From an uncultured virus (IMG/VR IMGVR_UViG_3300044970_001619) (lineage: Duplodnaviria; Heunggongvirae; Uroviricota; Caudoviricetes), in the IMG/VR virus record IMGVR_UViG_3300044970_001619, positions 1 to 64,000 of that record: a DNA stretch of 64,000 nucleotides; one strand, given 5' to 3'. The translations under genes and the position numbers were made by a program. Shown here one piece after another: positions 53,505-63,652 of the stretch. Position 1 is the stretch's first letter, and the number at the start of each line of letters is the position of its first letter. The notes under the pieces are model-generated. The model was not told the origin of the DNA. It was given only the letters and a program-made list of their open reading frames with translations, and did not search any database.

Positions 53505-55037
53505 TCATAGTCCAAACCTATGTTTTAGAGCATTATAGTTTTGTGAGATTTCTGCTGCGGAGAGTGCTCTGTTGTAAAGGTTGATGTAAGAACAATCACA
53601 TTTGAAATAATTTGTATTGCCTGGACTACTAAACAAACGAGTAAAATCTAATGTTGAAGAAACAAAAGGAGTAGCAAGTTGTGTTACCAAAGAACCATTA
53701 ATGTATATAAAGGGGGTAAGATTTGAATTCATTCCAAATACCAAATAGTTCCATCCTGTTCCAAGAGAAGCAGTTGCTGAATCTGGTGTTGAAGAATTTT
53801 CTTTAAAAATAAAAGTTGTGTTATTTGTTCCATAAATTCCAATCTCATAATCTCCAGCACCAAAATCTCTATCCGCAAGCATATGACACCAATTCACACC
53901 ATTTACTTGTGTGGATGGAACTCTCATCAAAAATCCCATCGTAAATCCTGCTGTTGATACTTCTACCGGTGATGAAAAAGATACATTTTCATCTACACCA
54001 TCAAAACTAAAATAATTTCCATTAAATACTGGAGAGTTGTTTATCGTTCCTTGTCTATTCCCTATCAAATCAGTCCAAGTAGTTCCAGTATTATTGAAAG
54101 AAGCATTCATTCCAGCATCTAAATCTAAAACCAATCCACTTCTTACAATATCTCTAAAATCACTGATTTCATCAATCTCATTATAAACAATCACCGACTT
54201 ATCAGTATTTTGTCTCATATATCTTCCTTGTCCTGCACCAAATGAAGTTCCCGAAAACTCATCATATACAGGGTCATAAGGAGCAAAAACATTCGCAGAA
54301 AGAAAAGTAGTAAAACCAACATTCTCATCAAATCCAGAACTATAGTATGTCCCAAGTCCTGTGATATTTGTGTTGGTTGTTGATGATAAAACTCTGGATA
54401 TTGCTGTGGTTGTTGTTGGTGTGTAATCTGTTGCTACTGAACCAATTTCTAATTGTGCTCCATAAAACAAAGTAGTTCCTATGGGACCAGCATCTCTTGA
54501 TGCTGGATAAATTCTGTACCGGAGGTTATTATTCAATCCATTATTTGCATCATTTACGACAAAATATATTCTTATCCACCCATTTGGATATAATACTTTT
54601 CCAAAAATTGTGGGAGTAATTCCTGGTCCTTCTGCAGCATTTGCAGTAAGTGTATCTGTGGAAAAATTATATCTAAGATAACTTCCTCTGGTACTAGTAC
54701 CTGTAAAAAATGCATAAAAATCAAGGATAGTTGCTGTACCCTGTTTTACAAAAATTGATAAACAATAGTTAGTTGTTGTACTTGGAGTTATTGATTTTGT
54801 TTGCTCAAATCCAGCACCATCAGAAGCAGTTGATTGGTCATCAATAGTCCAAGCACTATTGGATATATTATCAGGTCCTGTTACATTCTGTGCAAAAACA
54901 CAAGTTGCAGAAACTGGAGTCCAAGTACCAGTATTAAAACTATTGCTACGAAGAAGTAAATTCTCACTCATAGAGTAATCATCAAACTCAGTTGCGAGCA
55001 TTGATGCATATTGGTCTAATCTTCCTACAACACCCAT
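53505..55037 (-). CDS. tail-associated protein with carbohydrate-binding-like and LamG-like domains
   Basis: ENLL..S..F...W; YGAQLE.G..ATDY.PT; GLVLDLDA; YNRALSAAEISQNYNALK.RFGL. Confidence 0.85.
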   Translation of the reverse strand: MGVVGRLDQYASMLATEFDDYSMSENLLLRSNSFNTGTWTPVSATCVFAQNVTGPDNISNSAWTIDDQSTASDGAGFEQTKSITPSTTTNYCLSIFVKQGTATILDFYAFFTGTSTRGSYLRYNFSTDTLTANAAEGPGITPTIFGKVLYPNGWIRIYFVVNDANNGLNNNLRYRIYPASRDAGPIGTTLFYGAQLEIGSVATDYTPTTTTAISRVLSSTTNTNITGLGTYYSSGFDENVGFTTFLSANVFAPYDPVYDEFSGTSFGAGQGRYMRQNTDKSVIVYNEIDEISDFRDIVRSGLVLDLDAGMNASFNNTGTTWTDLIGNRQGTINNSPVFNGNYFSFDGVDENVSFSSPVEVSTAGFTMGFLMRVPSTQVNGVNWCHMLADRDFGAGDYEIGIYGTNNTTFIFKENSSTPDSATASLGTGWNYLVFGMNSNLTPFIYINGSLVTQLATPFVSSTLDFTRLFSSPGNTNYFKCDCSYINLYNRALSAAEISQNYNALKHRFGL

Positions 55038-55041
55038 AATC

Positions 55042-58000
55042 TTATCCTGCTACAAAGTCCAAACTATTTGCAGTTGAGTTGTACTGTATATAGAAGTTTG
55101 TGGTTCCTGCGGTTCCACCGAATCTCATTTTATTTGTGGAGGTTACTCGGGCATCTCCTGCAATATCTGCGGTAAATGCTGGACTTGCAGTTCCAATACC
55201 AACTGAACCAATACCAGTCACAACAAAGGGACTACTATCGGGATTAGCAGAATCTTCAACTACAAGAGCATTACCAGAACCAAGTTGAGTAATGCGAACC
55301 ATATCACTTGATGTAGTTCCAGAGAATAATCCAGCAATACTTGTTGCTGTTGGAACTACATTTAAAGTTGCTCCTGGATTTGTGGTTCCAACTCCAAGAT
55401 TACCAGAAACATAAGCACCACCAGTCACCTGAAGTCTTTGCGATGATGTTCCGGTTAATACATCAGTTCCAATTCCAACTTCTCCAGTAGAATGAACTAC
55501 AACTCTATTGATTAAATTTGCAGATGTAGCAACCGATTCAAAAGAAGCACCACCAACGAATGTTCCACTTGGAAATGTATCAATTCTAATTTGACCTGCT
55601 GCAAGTCGGATTCTATCTTGTCCTCCACTTGCATCAGCATCATTTCCTTTGAATAAGAATAATTCAGATCTTTCTGTTCCAGTGCTCCAAATTCTTTCAC
55701 CAATATAAGTGTGATTATAAGAACCAGGAAGATCTCCAGTGGTTCCATAAAATGCAATATAGTTTGAAGTTGTCGAAATTCCAAGTCTTAAATTACCATC
55801 AACTTGAAGTCTTTCACCTGGACTTGTTGTTCCTACACCAACAGAACCAGAAACATAAGCACCACCAGTAACTTGAAGTTTTTGTGATGCTGTTCCAGTA
55901 TCTAATGTACTTCCAATCGTTATATTTCCACCAGAAGGTAATAGAGAAAGATTTCTATAAGCAACATTTTGTTCAACAGATTCAATTGACCAATATGGTT
56001 TAGTTACTGAAGAACTACTCCTTGCTATTAATAATTGGAATGGATTTGTTGCATCATTAGAACTGAGTGCAAAAGGACTTCCATCAGCAGAAGTCTTTAT
56101 TGCATTACCATATACTGATAATTTGTATCCTGGATTTGTGATTCCAATACCAACAGAACCAGAAACATAAGCACCACCAGTAACTTGAAGTTTTTGTGAT
56201 GCAGTTCCTGTTTCTGATGTTGCTCCAATTAACAGATTTCTGTTGCTAGTAATTCTTGCTGCTTCTGTTCCATAAGTTAAGTTGGGAAGTAAAATTGTTC
56301 CCAATCCAACCGTTCCAGTATTGAAAACAATTGCAGTTGGTGCTGTATTAATATCGGAGAATGTTCCTTCTGAAATACCAGATATAGAAGCACCATAAGT
56401 AATTCCAGTTGTAATTCCTGGTGCTGTTGAGAAGTTACCACCAAAGATTATGTTTCCGAGCATATTCCCACTTGGAGTGGGAAGGTTCATGTTATATTTT
56501 TCAAGAACCAGAGTTCCCGCAAAAGATTGTGATGAATTACTATCAACCCTCTGACCACGAACTCTTACTGTTGGGGAACCACTATTACCAGTTTGATCAG
56601 AAGAATCTAAATAAAGACCATCATTAGATCCAGCACGAACATGAAGTTTTCTTGTTGGATTGTTAGTACCTACACCAATAGAACCACTTGCATTAATAAC
56701 AAATGGAGTAGAATCGGGATTTGTTTCGTCTTCAACAACCAGAGCATTACCAGAACCAAGTTGAGTAATACGAACCATATCACTTGATGTGGTTCCAGAG
56801 AAGAGTCCAGCAATACTTGTAGATGTTGGGACTACATTTAAAGTTGCTCCTAGATTTGTGGTTCCTATACCAACTCTTTGATTTGTTGCATCATAAACAA
56901 AATTAGTTGCTCCAGCAGAAACATTGTTATTATTAAAAATAACTTGAGTATTAGATCCTGCAATAGGGCCAGTCAATCCCTGAAGACCTTGTGTACCTTG
57001 TGTTCCCTGAAGACCTTGAGTTCCTTGTGTTCCTTGAGTTCCTTGAAGACCTTGAGTGCCCTGACTACCTTGAGTTCCTTGTGTTCCTTGAGTACCTTGA
57101 GTTCCTTGTGTTCCTTGAGTTCCTTGAAGACCTTGAGTGCCCTGACTACCTTGAGTTCCTTGTGTTCCTTGAGTACCTTGAGTTCCTTGTGTTCCTTGTG
57201 TTCCCTGAAGACCTTGAGTACCTTGAGTTCCTTGAAGACCCTGAAGACCTTGAGTACCCTGTGTTCCTTGAGTACCCTGTGTTCCTTGAGTGCCCTGAGT
57301 TCCTTGAAGACCTTGGAGACCTTGAGTTCCTTGAGTGCCCTGAAGTCCTTGAGTACCTTGAGTTCCTTGAGTACCCTGAGTGCCCTGAGTTCCTTGTCTT
57401 CCTTGAAGTCCTTGGAGACCTTGAGTACCCTGAGTTCCTTGAGTTCCTTGAGTTCCTTGAGTTCCTTGAGTACCCTGAGTTCCTTGTGTACCTTGTGTAC
57501 CTTGTGTACCTTGTGTACCTTGTGTACCTTGAAGTCCTTGAACTCCTAAAACATTTGCAAGTTCATAAGCATAAAGGACTGGACCAGTGTTTTCACCAAA
57601 GGCAACATTACCTCCAGCTAAAGTTACAACTTTTAAATTATATGAATATGTTCCAGCAGAAGGAGTATCAATTACAGAAAGGGCATATGGGGAGTTTTCA
57701 CTTCCAGCAGAACCTTCAAACTGAATGTCGTTTCCAATTGGGGTATTATCTCTGTATAATTGCAGACGACCCCAAACACCAGCAGCTAGATTTTCAGCAT
57801 CTCCAGTTACAGTGACCTGAACTGGATTTCCATTAGTTGTAATAGTAGTTGTAACAATACCAACTGGGAAAGAAGCACTACTTAATACTGTTACTTTTGT
57901 ACCTAAAGTTTGCGAATAGTTTAATCCACCAACTGCAAATGAAGGTCCCTGAAGACCTTGAGTACCTTGAGTTCCCTGCAATCCTTGAAGAGAACTAACA

Positions 58001-61000
58001 GTTATAGTTGCAGTGCTTCCAGCAACTGTGGCACTTATGGCATCTCCAGTAAAGTTTAGTATTGTTGCACTTCCTTGCGGAGAATTCTCATCTCTAATAT
58101 TAATTGCATTTGTTGTCGCAGCACCAGCAGCACTTACTGTTCCCCAACTCCAATTTCCTGTACCATCTGCAATTGGAACATAAGAAGCAGTACCAAAATC
58201 AGTACCATTTGGAGATAATTGATTGACATCAAGTTTATTGATAGTTGCAATTCCAGTTATGTCAAGATTTGGAGAAGATATTTTACTATCAGTAACTTGC
58301 ATTCCCCCTGCAGCAAGTCTTACACCAAATGGGACTTGAGTTGAACCAATACCAACACCATAATTGATTAACCAAGCATCAGTGCCAAGTCCAGAGAATG
58401 CTCCAGACTTAAACCACATAATTTTCTTATATGTTGAAGGTGATGTCTCAATTCCAGCAATAAACAGATTAACTAATGGACTACCTTCAGTAGAAGCAAC
58501 AGCAATGCCACCGTGATTTGCTGTTATATCTGTAGAAACATCTTGCCCTAAAGCATTGGTTGTGAAACCAAGAATAATATCAGCATCGAGAACTCTTAAA
58601 TCTTGAGCAGTAACAATTGTTGTTGTTCCACCAATACTTAAATTATTAGTAATGTTAACATTATAAGCACTCAGAGTCGTTCCATCAAAAGTTAAGTTTG
58701 CAGAACCAGTTGGATTATTAGAGCCATCTTTATAAACAACTTGATTTGCTGAACCAGCAACAGGTCCAGTAGTTCCTTGAGTTCCTTGAGTTCCTTGTGT
58801 ACCTTGTGTACCTTGTGTTCCCTGAGTGCCTTGAATACCCTGAGTTCCCTGAGTACCTTGTGTTCCCTGAAGACCTTGAGTCCCCTGTCTTCCTTGAGTT
58901 CCTTGTCTTCCCTGAGTACCTTGAAGTCCTTGAAGACCTTGAGTTCCCTGTGTTCCTTGTGTTCCTTGTGTTCCCTGAGTGCCCTGTGTTCCCTGAGTAC
59001 CTTGAGTACCTTGAAGACCTTGAAGACCTTGAGTACCCTGAGTGCCTTGAGTTCCCTGAGACCCCTGAGTTCCTTGTGTTCCTTGTGTTCCTTGTGTTCC
59101 CTGAGTGCCCTGTGTTCCCTGAGTACCTTGAGTACCTTGAAGACCTTGAAGACCTTGAGTTCCCTGAGTGCCTTGAGTGCCTTGAGTTCCCTGAGTTCCT
59201 TGTGTTCCCTGAGTTCCTTGTGTTCCTTGTGTTCCTTGTGTTCCCTGAGTGCCCTGTGTTCCCTGAGTACCTTGAGTACCTTGAAGACCTTGAAGACCTT
59301 GAAGACCTTGAGTACCTTGAGTTCCCTGAGTGCCTTGAGTGCCTTGAGTTCCCTGAGTTCCTTGTGTTCCCTGAGTACCTTGAGTTCCCTGTGTTCCTTG
59401 ACGACCTTGAAGACCTTGAAGACCTTGAGTGCCTTGAGTGCCTTGAGTTCCCTGTGTTCCCTGTGTTCCCTGTGTTCCTTGAGTACCTTGTGTACCTTGT
59501 GTTCCTTGAAGTCCTTGAAGACCTTGAAGACCTTGAAGACCTTGAGTTCCTTGAAGTCCTTGAGTTCCTTGAGTACCTTGTGTACCTTGTGTACCTTGTG
59601 TACCTTGTGTACCTTGTGTTCCCTGAGTGCCTTGAGTTCCCTGTGTTCCCTGTGTTCCTTGAAGTCCTTGAAGACCTTGAGTTCCTTGAGTACCTTGAGT
59701 ACCTTGTGTACCTTGTGTTCCCTGAGTGCCTTGAGTTCCCTGTGTTCCCTGTGTTCCTTGAAGTCCTTGAAGACCTTGAGTCCCTTGAGTTCCTTGAGTT
59801 CCCTGAGTGCCCTGTGTGCCCTGTGTACCTTGAGTACCTTGAAGACCTTGAGCACCTTGAGTTCCCTGTGTTCCTTGAGCACCTTGAGTACCTTGTGTAC
59901 CTTGTGTTCCCTGTGTTCCCTGAGTACCTTGTGTTCCCTGAGTACCTTGAGTACCTTGTGTTCCCTGAGTACCTTGAGTACCTTGGGTTCCCTGAAGACC
60001 TTGAAGACCTTGAGTTCCCTGTGTGCCCTGTGTACCTTGAGTACCTTGAGTACCTTGAGTACCTTGGGTTCCCTGAAGACCTTGAGTACCTTGGGTTCCC
60101 TGAAGACCTTGAGTACCTTGAGTTCCCTGAGTTCCCTGAGTTCCCTGAGTTCCCTGAGTGCCTTGAGTACCTTGGGTTCCCTGAAGACCTTGAGTACCTT
60201 GAGTTCCCTGTGTTCCTTGAGTTCCCTGAGTACCTTGTGTTCCCTGAGTACCTTGAGTACCTTGGGTTCCCTGAAGACCTTGAAGACCTTGAGTTCCCTG
60301 TGTGCCCTGTGTACCTTGAGTACCTTGAGTACCTTGAGTACCTTGTGTTCCCTGAGTACCTTGAGTACCTTGGGTTCCCTGAAGACCTTGAGTACCTTGA
60401 GTTCCCTGTGTTCCTTGAGTTCCCTGAGTGCCTTGAGTACCTTGTGTTCCCTGAGTGCCTTGAGTTCCCTGTGTTCCCTGTGTTCCCTGAGTGCCTTGAA
60501 GACCCTGAAGACCTTGTGTTCCCTGAGTTCCCTGAGTACCTTGTGTTCCCTGTGTACCTTGTGTTCCCTGAAGACCTTGAGTTCCTTGAAGAGCAGCATT
60601 TTGAATAGTTGCTTTTCCTACAACTGCTCCACTCACATCATAAAGTGCTATAAAATCATTACTTTGTGGGTCATTAATTGTCGTAAGACCATTAATATCA
60701 AGATTTGTTGCTGTTCCAATAAATCTGGTTGCTGTTATAAGTCCAGAAGAATTAATATTTCTAACAACTGCTAAATCATTTTCAGTAAATTGTACATTAC
60801 CAGCAGCAAGTCTTGTTCCAGTTGGGAATTGTGTTGAACCAATACCGACTGCATAATTGATTAACCAAGCATCAGTTCCAAGTCCAGCAAAAGTGCCTTC
60901 CTTGAACCACATAATTTTCTTATATGTGGAAGGTGCTGTCTCAATTCCAGTAACAAATAAATTAACTAATGGATTTCCTTCTGTTGAAGCAAGAGCAACA

Positions 61001-63312
61001 CCACCATGATTTGCAGTATTATCGTTAGAAACATCATTACCAAATGCATCAGTTCTATAACCAAGAATAATATCAGGGTCTGTGACAACCAATTCTTGAA
61101 CATTAACAAATGCAGTTGTACCACCAATTGTGATATTTCCAGTTACATTTAAGTTACGATTGATTTGAACATCTCTAGTTACTGTTAAATCTTGAGGAAC
61201 AACTAGATTATTTGGAAGACTTAATACTGGAGTTGAACCTTCACCAGTTCCACCAGTAACAGTAATTTGATTTGAAGTTCCAGAAACTGACTGAATATAA
61301 TCACCAGTAGTATCTGAACCAAGAGCAACACTATTTGGTTGAATTGTTGCTGCTAAAGATACATTACCAGTTCCATCAAAACTGACTGGTGAAGCAACAA
61401 TATCTCCAGTAATTTCAAAAGTTCTTGCAGTTTCAAGGTTTGTTGCTGTAGTTGCTGTACCTGTTAAGTTACCTACAAAACTTGAAGCAGTTACAACACC
61501 TGAGGAATTAATAGTTTGAGCCGTTAAATTAGTAACACTGGTGACTCCGAGTGTTGATACTCCGATAACTTGAAGATTTTTAGTTGTGGTAAGACCAGTA
61601 ACACCCAAGGTTGCTAAAGTGGAAATTCCAATATAAGATAAATTAGTACCTGAAAGATAATCAATCGTACCTGTTGTTACGTCAAGGGTTTCGATTGTTC
61701 CAATACCAGTTACATTGATATTACGAGCAATAAGTTCATCAAAAGTAATATCATCAGCAACATACAGGTCACCACCAACATAAATGTCACCAGAGAAAGT
61801 AGCTATTCCAATAAATGTAGAAACCCCAGAGACATAGAGATTAGTATTAGTCAAATAATCAATAGTACCTGTAGTGGCATCTAAAGTAATGATAGTTCCA
61901 ATACCAGAAGTGTTGAGGTTGGTATTTGTTAGGTAATCGATAGTACCTGTATTGGCATCTAATGTTTCAACAGTCCCAATGCCACTAACCTTAAAATCAC
62001 CATAGACATCAAGTTTTGAAGTTGGATTTGTAGTTCCTACACCAACAAAACCACTATTTATTATTATAAATTTCGTATCTAAATTTCCAGAAGTAGCAAC
62101 TTCTTCAAAAGAACCTGAAGTTGGAATTGTATAAGTATCAAATCTAATTTCTGCTGCTGCTAATCGAATTCTATCTGGTCCTTCAACTGATAAATCGTGG
62201 TCGTTCCCTTTAAATATAAGAAGTTCGGATTCTTCTGTTGCAGGAGTGTAAATTCTTTCTCCAATAAAGGTGTGAGTAAATCCTCCATTAGGAGAATCTC
62301 CAGTTGTACCTTTAAACGCAATATAATTTGAATCAGAAGAACCTAATCTGATATTTCCATCAACTTGAAGTTTTTCTAATGGATTTTCAACACCAACACC
62401 AACAGAACCAATACCAGTAACTACAAAAGGGCTGGAATCTGGATTAGCATCCCTAACAACTAATGCATTCCCAGTTCCAGTTTGAGTGATTTTGAGAGCA
62501 TCACTGGAACTGTTAACTGTTATATCAGTGATTCCAAAATTACTATTCCCAGAAACAGTAAGACTTTGGGCAGTTAATTGTGTTGCAGATGTGATACCAA
62601 GAGTACTAATTCCACTATAATACAGGTCAATACCAGAAAGATAGTCAATAACACCAGTAGTAACATCTAACGATGTAATAGTACCAACACCTGATACATA
62701 AAGATTACCAGTTGTTGTTAAACCAGAAAATCTTGCGTTTCTCCATCTATTACTTTCTAAACCAATATCATACGTATTGTCATATTTTGGAACTAAATTT
62801 GATACAAATTCACCACCAACATTAATATCATCAGAAGTAGAGTCACCAATTCCAATTGTCCCACCCCTAAAAATTGCTGTTCCTATAAAGTTAGAACTTC
62901 CAGCAACTTCTAAATTTCCACCGATATATAAGTTTCCGCCAGTTGTAGTAATGCCACCACCAAATGCTAAGGTTGTTACTCCAATACTTTTTAAATTACC
63001 ATTTATAACTAAGTCATTTAAAATGTCTGCAGATGCATTAATATCTACATTATTATTAAAAGTTGAAATTCCAGAAACATATAAACTACTTAGTGATGTC
63101 GCAGAACCAATTAATTCACCATCAACATAAAAACCCTTAGCAGTAAGAATTCCAGTAAATTCACCATCTCCAATTACATATAAACTTCTACCCTCAGAAG
63201 TTGTAGTTCCTATTCCTACATTTCCAATAACTTCAAGTACTGTTTTCCCTTCTGTATAAGAACTTATACCAATCTTAAAGTTTTTTTGACGATTGCTGAG
63301 GTACTTTGCCAT
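55042..63312 (-). CDS. long tail fibre with collagen-like GTQ tracts
   Basis: 2756 aa; VGIGTT.P repeats; two long G-X-Q tracts; duplicated modules. Confidence 0.9.
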   Translation of the reverse strand: MAKYLSNRQKNFKIGISSYTEGKTVLEVIGNVGIGTTTSEGRSLYVIGDGEFTGILTAKGFYVDGELIGSATSLSSLYVSGISTFNNNVDINASADILNDLVINGNLKSIGVTTLAFGGGITTTGGNLYIGGNLEVAGSSNFIGTAIFRGGTIGIGDSTSDDINVGGEFVSNLVPKYDNTYDIGLESNRWRNARFSGLTTTGNLYVSGVGTITSLDVTTGVIDYLSGIDLYYSGISTLGITSATQLTAQSLTVSGNSNFGITDITVNSSSDALKITQTGTGNALVVRDANPDSSPFVVTGIGSVGVGVENPLEKLQVDGNIRLGSSDSNYIAFKGTTGDSPNGGFTHTFIGERIYTPATEESELLIFKGNDHDLSVEGPDRIRLAAAEIRFDTYTIPTSGSFEEVATSGNLDTKFIIINSGFVGVGTTNPTSKLDVYGDFKVSGIGTVETLDANTGTIDYLTNTNLNTSGIGTIITLDATTGTIDYLTNTNLYVSGVSTFIGIATFSGDIYVGGDLYVADDITFDELIARNINVTGIGTIETLDVTTGTIDYLSGTNLSYIGISTLATLGVTGLTTTKNLQVIGVSTLGVTSVTNLTAQTINSSGVVTASSFVGNLTGTATTATNLETARTFEITGDIVASPVSFDGTGNVSLAATIQPNSVALGSDTTGDYIQSVSGTSNQITVTGGTGEGSTPVLSLPNNLVVPQDLTVTRDVQINRNLNVTGNITIGGTTAFVNVQELVVTDPDIILGYRTDAFGNDVSNDNTANHGGVALASTEGNPLVNLFVTGIETAPSTYKKIMWFKEGTFAGLGTDAWLINYAVGIGSTQFPTGTRLAAGNVQFTENDLAVVRNINSSGLITATRFIGTATNLDINGLTTINDPQSNDFIALYDVSGAVVGKATIQNAALQGTQGLQGTQGTQGTQGTQGTQGTQGLQGLQGTQGTQGTQGTQGTQGTQGTQGTQGTQGTQGTQGTQGLQGTQGTQGTQGTQGTQGTQGTQGTQGTQGTQGLQGLQGTQGTQGTQGTQGTQGTQGTQGTQGTQGLQGTQGTQGTQGTQGTQGTQGTQGTQGLQGTQGTQGLQGTQGTQGTQGTQGTQGTQGTQGLQGLQGTQGTQGTQGTQGTQGTQGTQGTQGTQGTQGTQGTQGAQGTQGTQGAQGLQGTQGTQGTQGTQGTQGTQGTQGLQGLQGTQGTQGTQGTQGTQGTQGTQGTQGTQGLQGLQGTQGTQGTQGTQGTQGTQGTQGTQGTQGTQGTQGLQGTQGLQGLQGLQGLQGTQGTQGTQGTQGTQGTQGTQGTQGTQGLQGLQGRQGTQGTQGTQGTQGTQGTQGTQGTQGTQGTQGLQGLQGLQGTQGTQGTQGTQGTQGTQGTQGTQGTQGTQGTQGTQGTQGTQGLQGLQGTQGTQGTQGTQGTQGTQGTQGTQGSQGTQGTQGTQGLQGLQGTQGTQGTQGTQGTQGTQGTQGTQGLQGLQGTQGRQGTQGRQGTQGLQGTQGTQGTQGIQGTQGTQGTQGTQGTQGTQGTTGPVAGSANQVVYKDGSNNPTGSANLTFDGTTLSAYNVNITNNLSIGGTTTIVTAQDLRVLDADIILGFTTNALGQDVSTDITANHGGIAVASTEGSPLVNLFIAGIETSPSTYKKIMWFKSGAFSGLGTDAWLINYGVGIGSTQVPFGVRLAAGGMQVTDSKISSPNLDITGIATINKLDVNQLSPNGTDFGTASYVPIADGTGNWSWGTVSAAGAATTNAINIRDENSPQGSATILNFTGDAISATVAGSTATITVSSLQGLQGTQGTQGLQGPSFAVGGLNYSQTLGTKVTVLSSASFPVGIVTTTITTNGNPVQVTVTGDAENLAAGVWGRLQLYRDNTPIGNDIQFEGSAGSENSPYALSVIDTPSAGTYSYNLKVVTLAGGNVAFGENTGPVLYAYELANVLGVQGLQGTQGTQGTQGTQGTQGTQGTQGTQGTQGTQGTQGTQGLQGLQGRQGTQGTQGTQGTQGTQGLQGTQGTQGLQGLQGTQGTQGTQGTQGTQGTQGLQGLQGTQGTQGLQGTQGTQGTQGTQGTQGTQGSQGTQGLQGTQGTQGTQGTQGTQGTQGSQGTQGLQGTQGTQGTQGLQGTQGTQGLQGLTGPIAGSNTQVIFNNNNVSAGATNFVYDATNQRVGIGTTNLGATLNVVPTSTSIAGLFSGTTSSDMVRITQLGSGNALVVEDETNPDSTPFVINASGSIGVGTNNPTRKLHVRAGSNDGLYLDSSDQTGNSGSPTVRVRGQRVDSNSSQSFAGTLVLEKYNMNLPTPSGNMLGNIIFGGNFSTAPGITTGITYGASISGISEGTFSDINTAPTAIVFNTGTVGLGTILLPNLTYGTEAARITSNRNLLIGATSETGTASQKLQVTGGAYVSGSVGIGITNPGYKLSVYGNAIKTSADGSPFALSSNDATNPFQLLIARSSSSVTKPYWSIESVEQNVAYRNLSLLPSGGNITIGSTLDTGTASQKLQVTGGAYVSGSVGVGTTSPGERLQVDGNLRLGISTTSNYIAFYGTTGDLPGSYNHTYIGERIWSTGTERSELFLFKGNDADASGGQDRIRLAAGQIRIDTFPSGTFVGGASFESVATSANLINRVVVHSTGEVGIGTDVLTGTSSQRLQVTGGAYVSGNLGVGTTNPGATLNVVPTATSIAGLFSGTTSSDMVRITQLGSGNALVVEDSANPDSSPFVVTGIGSVGIGTASPAFTADIAGDARVTSTNKMRFGGTAGTTNFYIQYNSTANSLDFVAG
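56975..57546. repeat. 9-bp tandem repeat encoding GTQ/GLQ (about 63 units)
   Basis: direct reading. Confidence 0.9.
58773..60592. repeat. 9-bp tandem repeat encoding GTQ/GLQ (about 200 units)
   Basis: direct reading. Confidence 0.92.
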
Positions 63313-63320
63313 TTTTGGTA

Positions 63321-63650
63321 TTAGTTAAGTGTTTCTAAAATACTTGCGACAAGTTTCAGATTAGTTGCATTACTACCAGATATAACTAATTTATCTCCAC
63401 TTTCAAGAACTAATTTTCCAGAAAGAAGATTTATTGTATCATTTCCAGCAACTGGATATTGCTTTAACATTTCTGTGTCAGTAGAACTTCTGCGATGAAA
63501 AACTGTAATATCTTGAGAAGTTGTTCCGATATTTGTGACTTGTGCTAAAAGTACAACTCCAGTATAACCAACTGGAGCAGTATAAACTTCTGTTGGACTT
63601 GCAGATACAACTGCAGTAACTGTCTGAAATACATTTAACGGTAGTGCCAT
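63321..63650 (-). CDS. conserved small virion-associated protein
   Basis: VYTAPVGYTGVVLLAQVTN...GKLVLESGD...SILET. Confidence 0.8.
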   Translation of the reverse strand: MALPLNVFQTVTAVVSASPTEVYTAPVGYTGVVLLAQVTNIGTTSQDITVFHRRSSTDTEMLKQYPVAGNDTINLLSGKLVLESGDKLVISGSNATNLKLVASILETLN

Positions 63651-63652
63651 TC

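Noticed and set aside
56975..60592. Possible CRISPR array or satellite
   Set aside because: Contiguous 9-bp coding repeats with synonymous variation and no unique spacers; no cas genes.
58692..60774. 600+ aa ORFs in alternative frames and on the plus strand (also at 49634-50337 and 56878-57815)
   Set aside because: Shadows of the 9-bp GTQ repeat, which lacks stops in several frames; low-complexity translations with no start signals.
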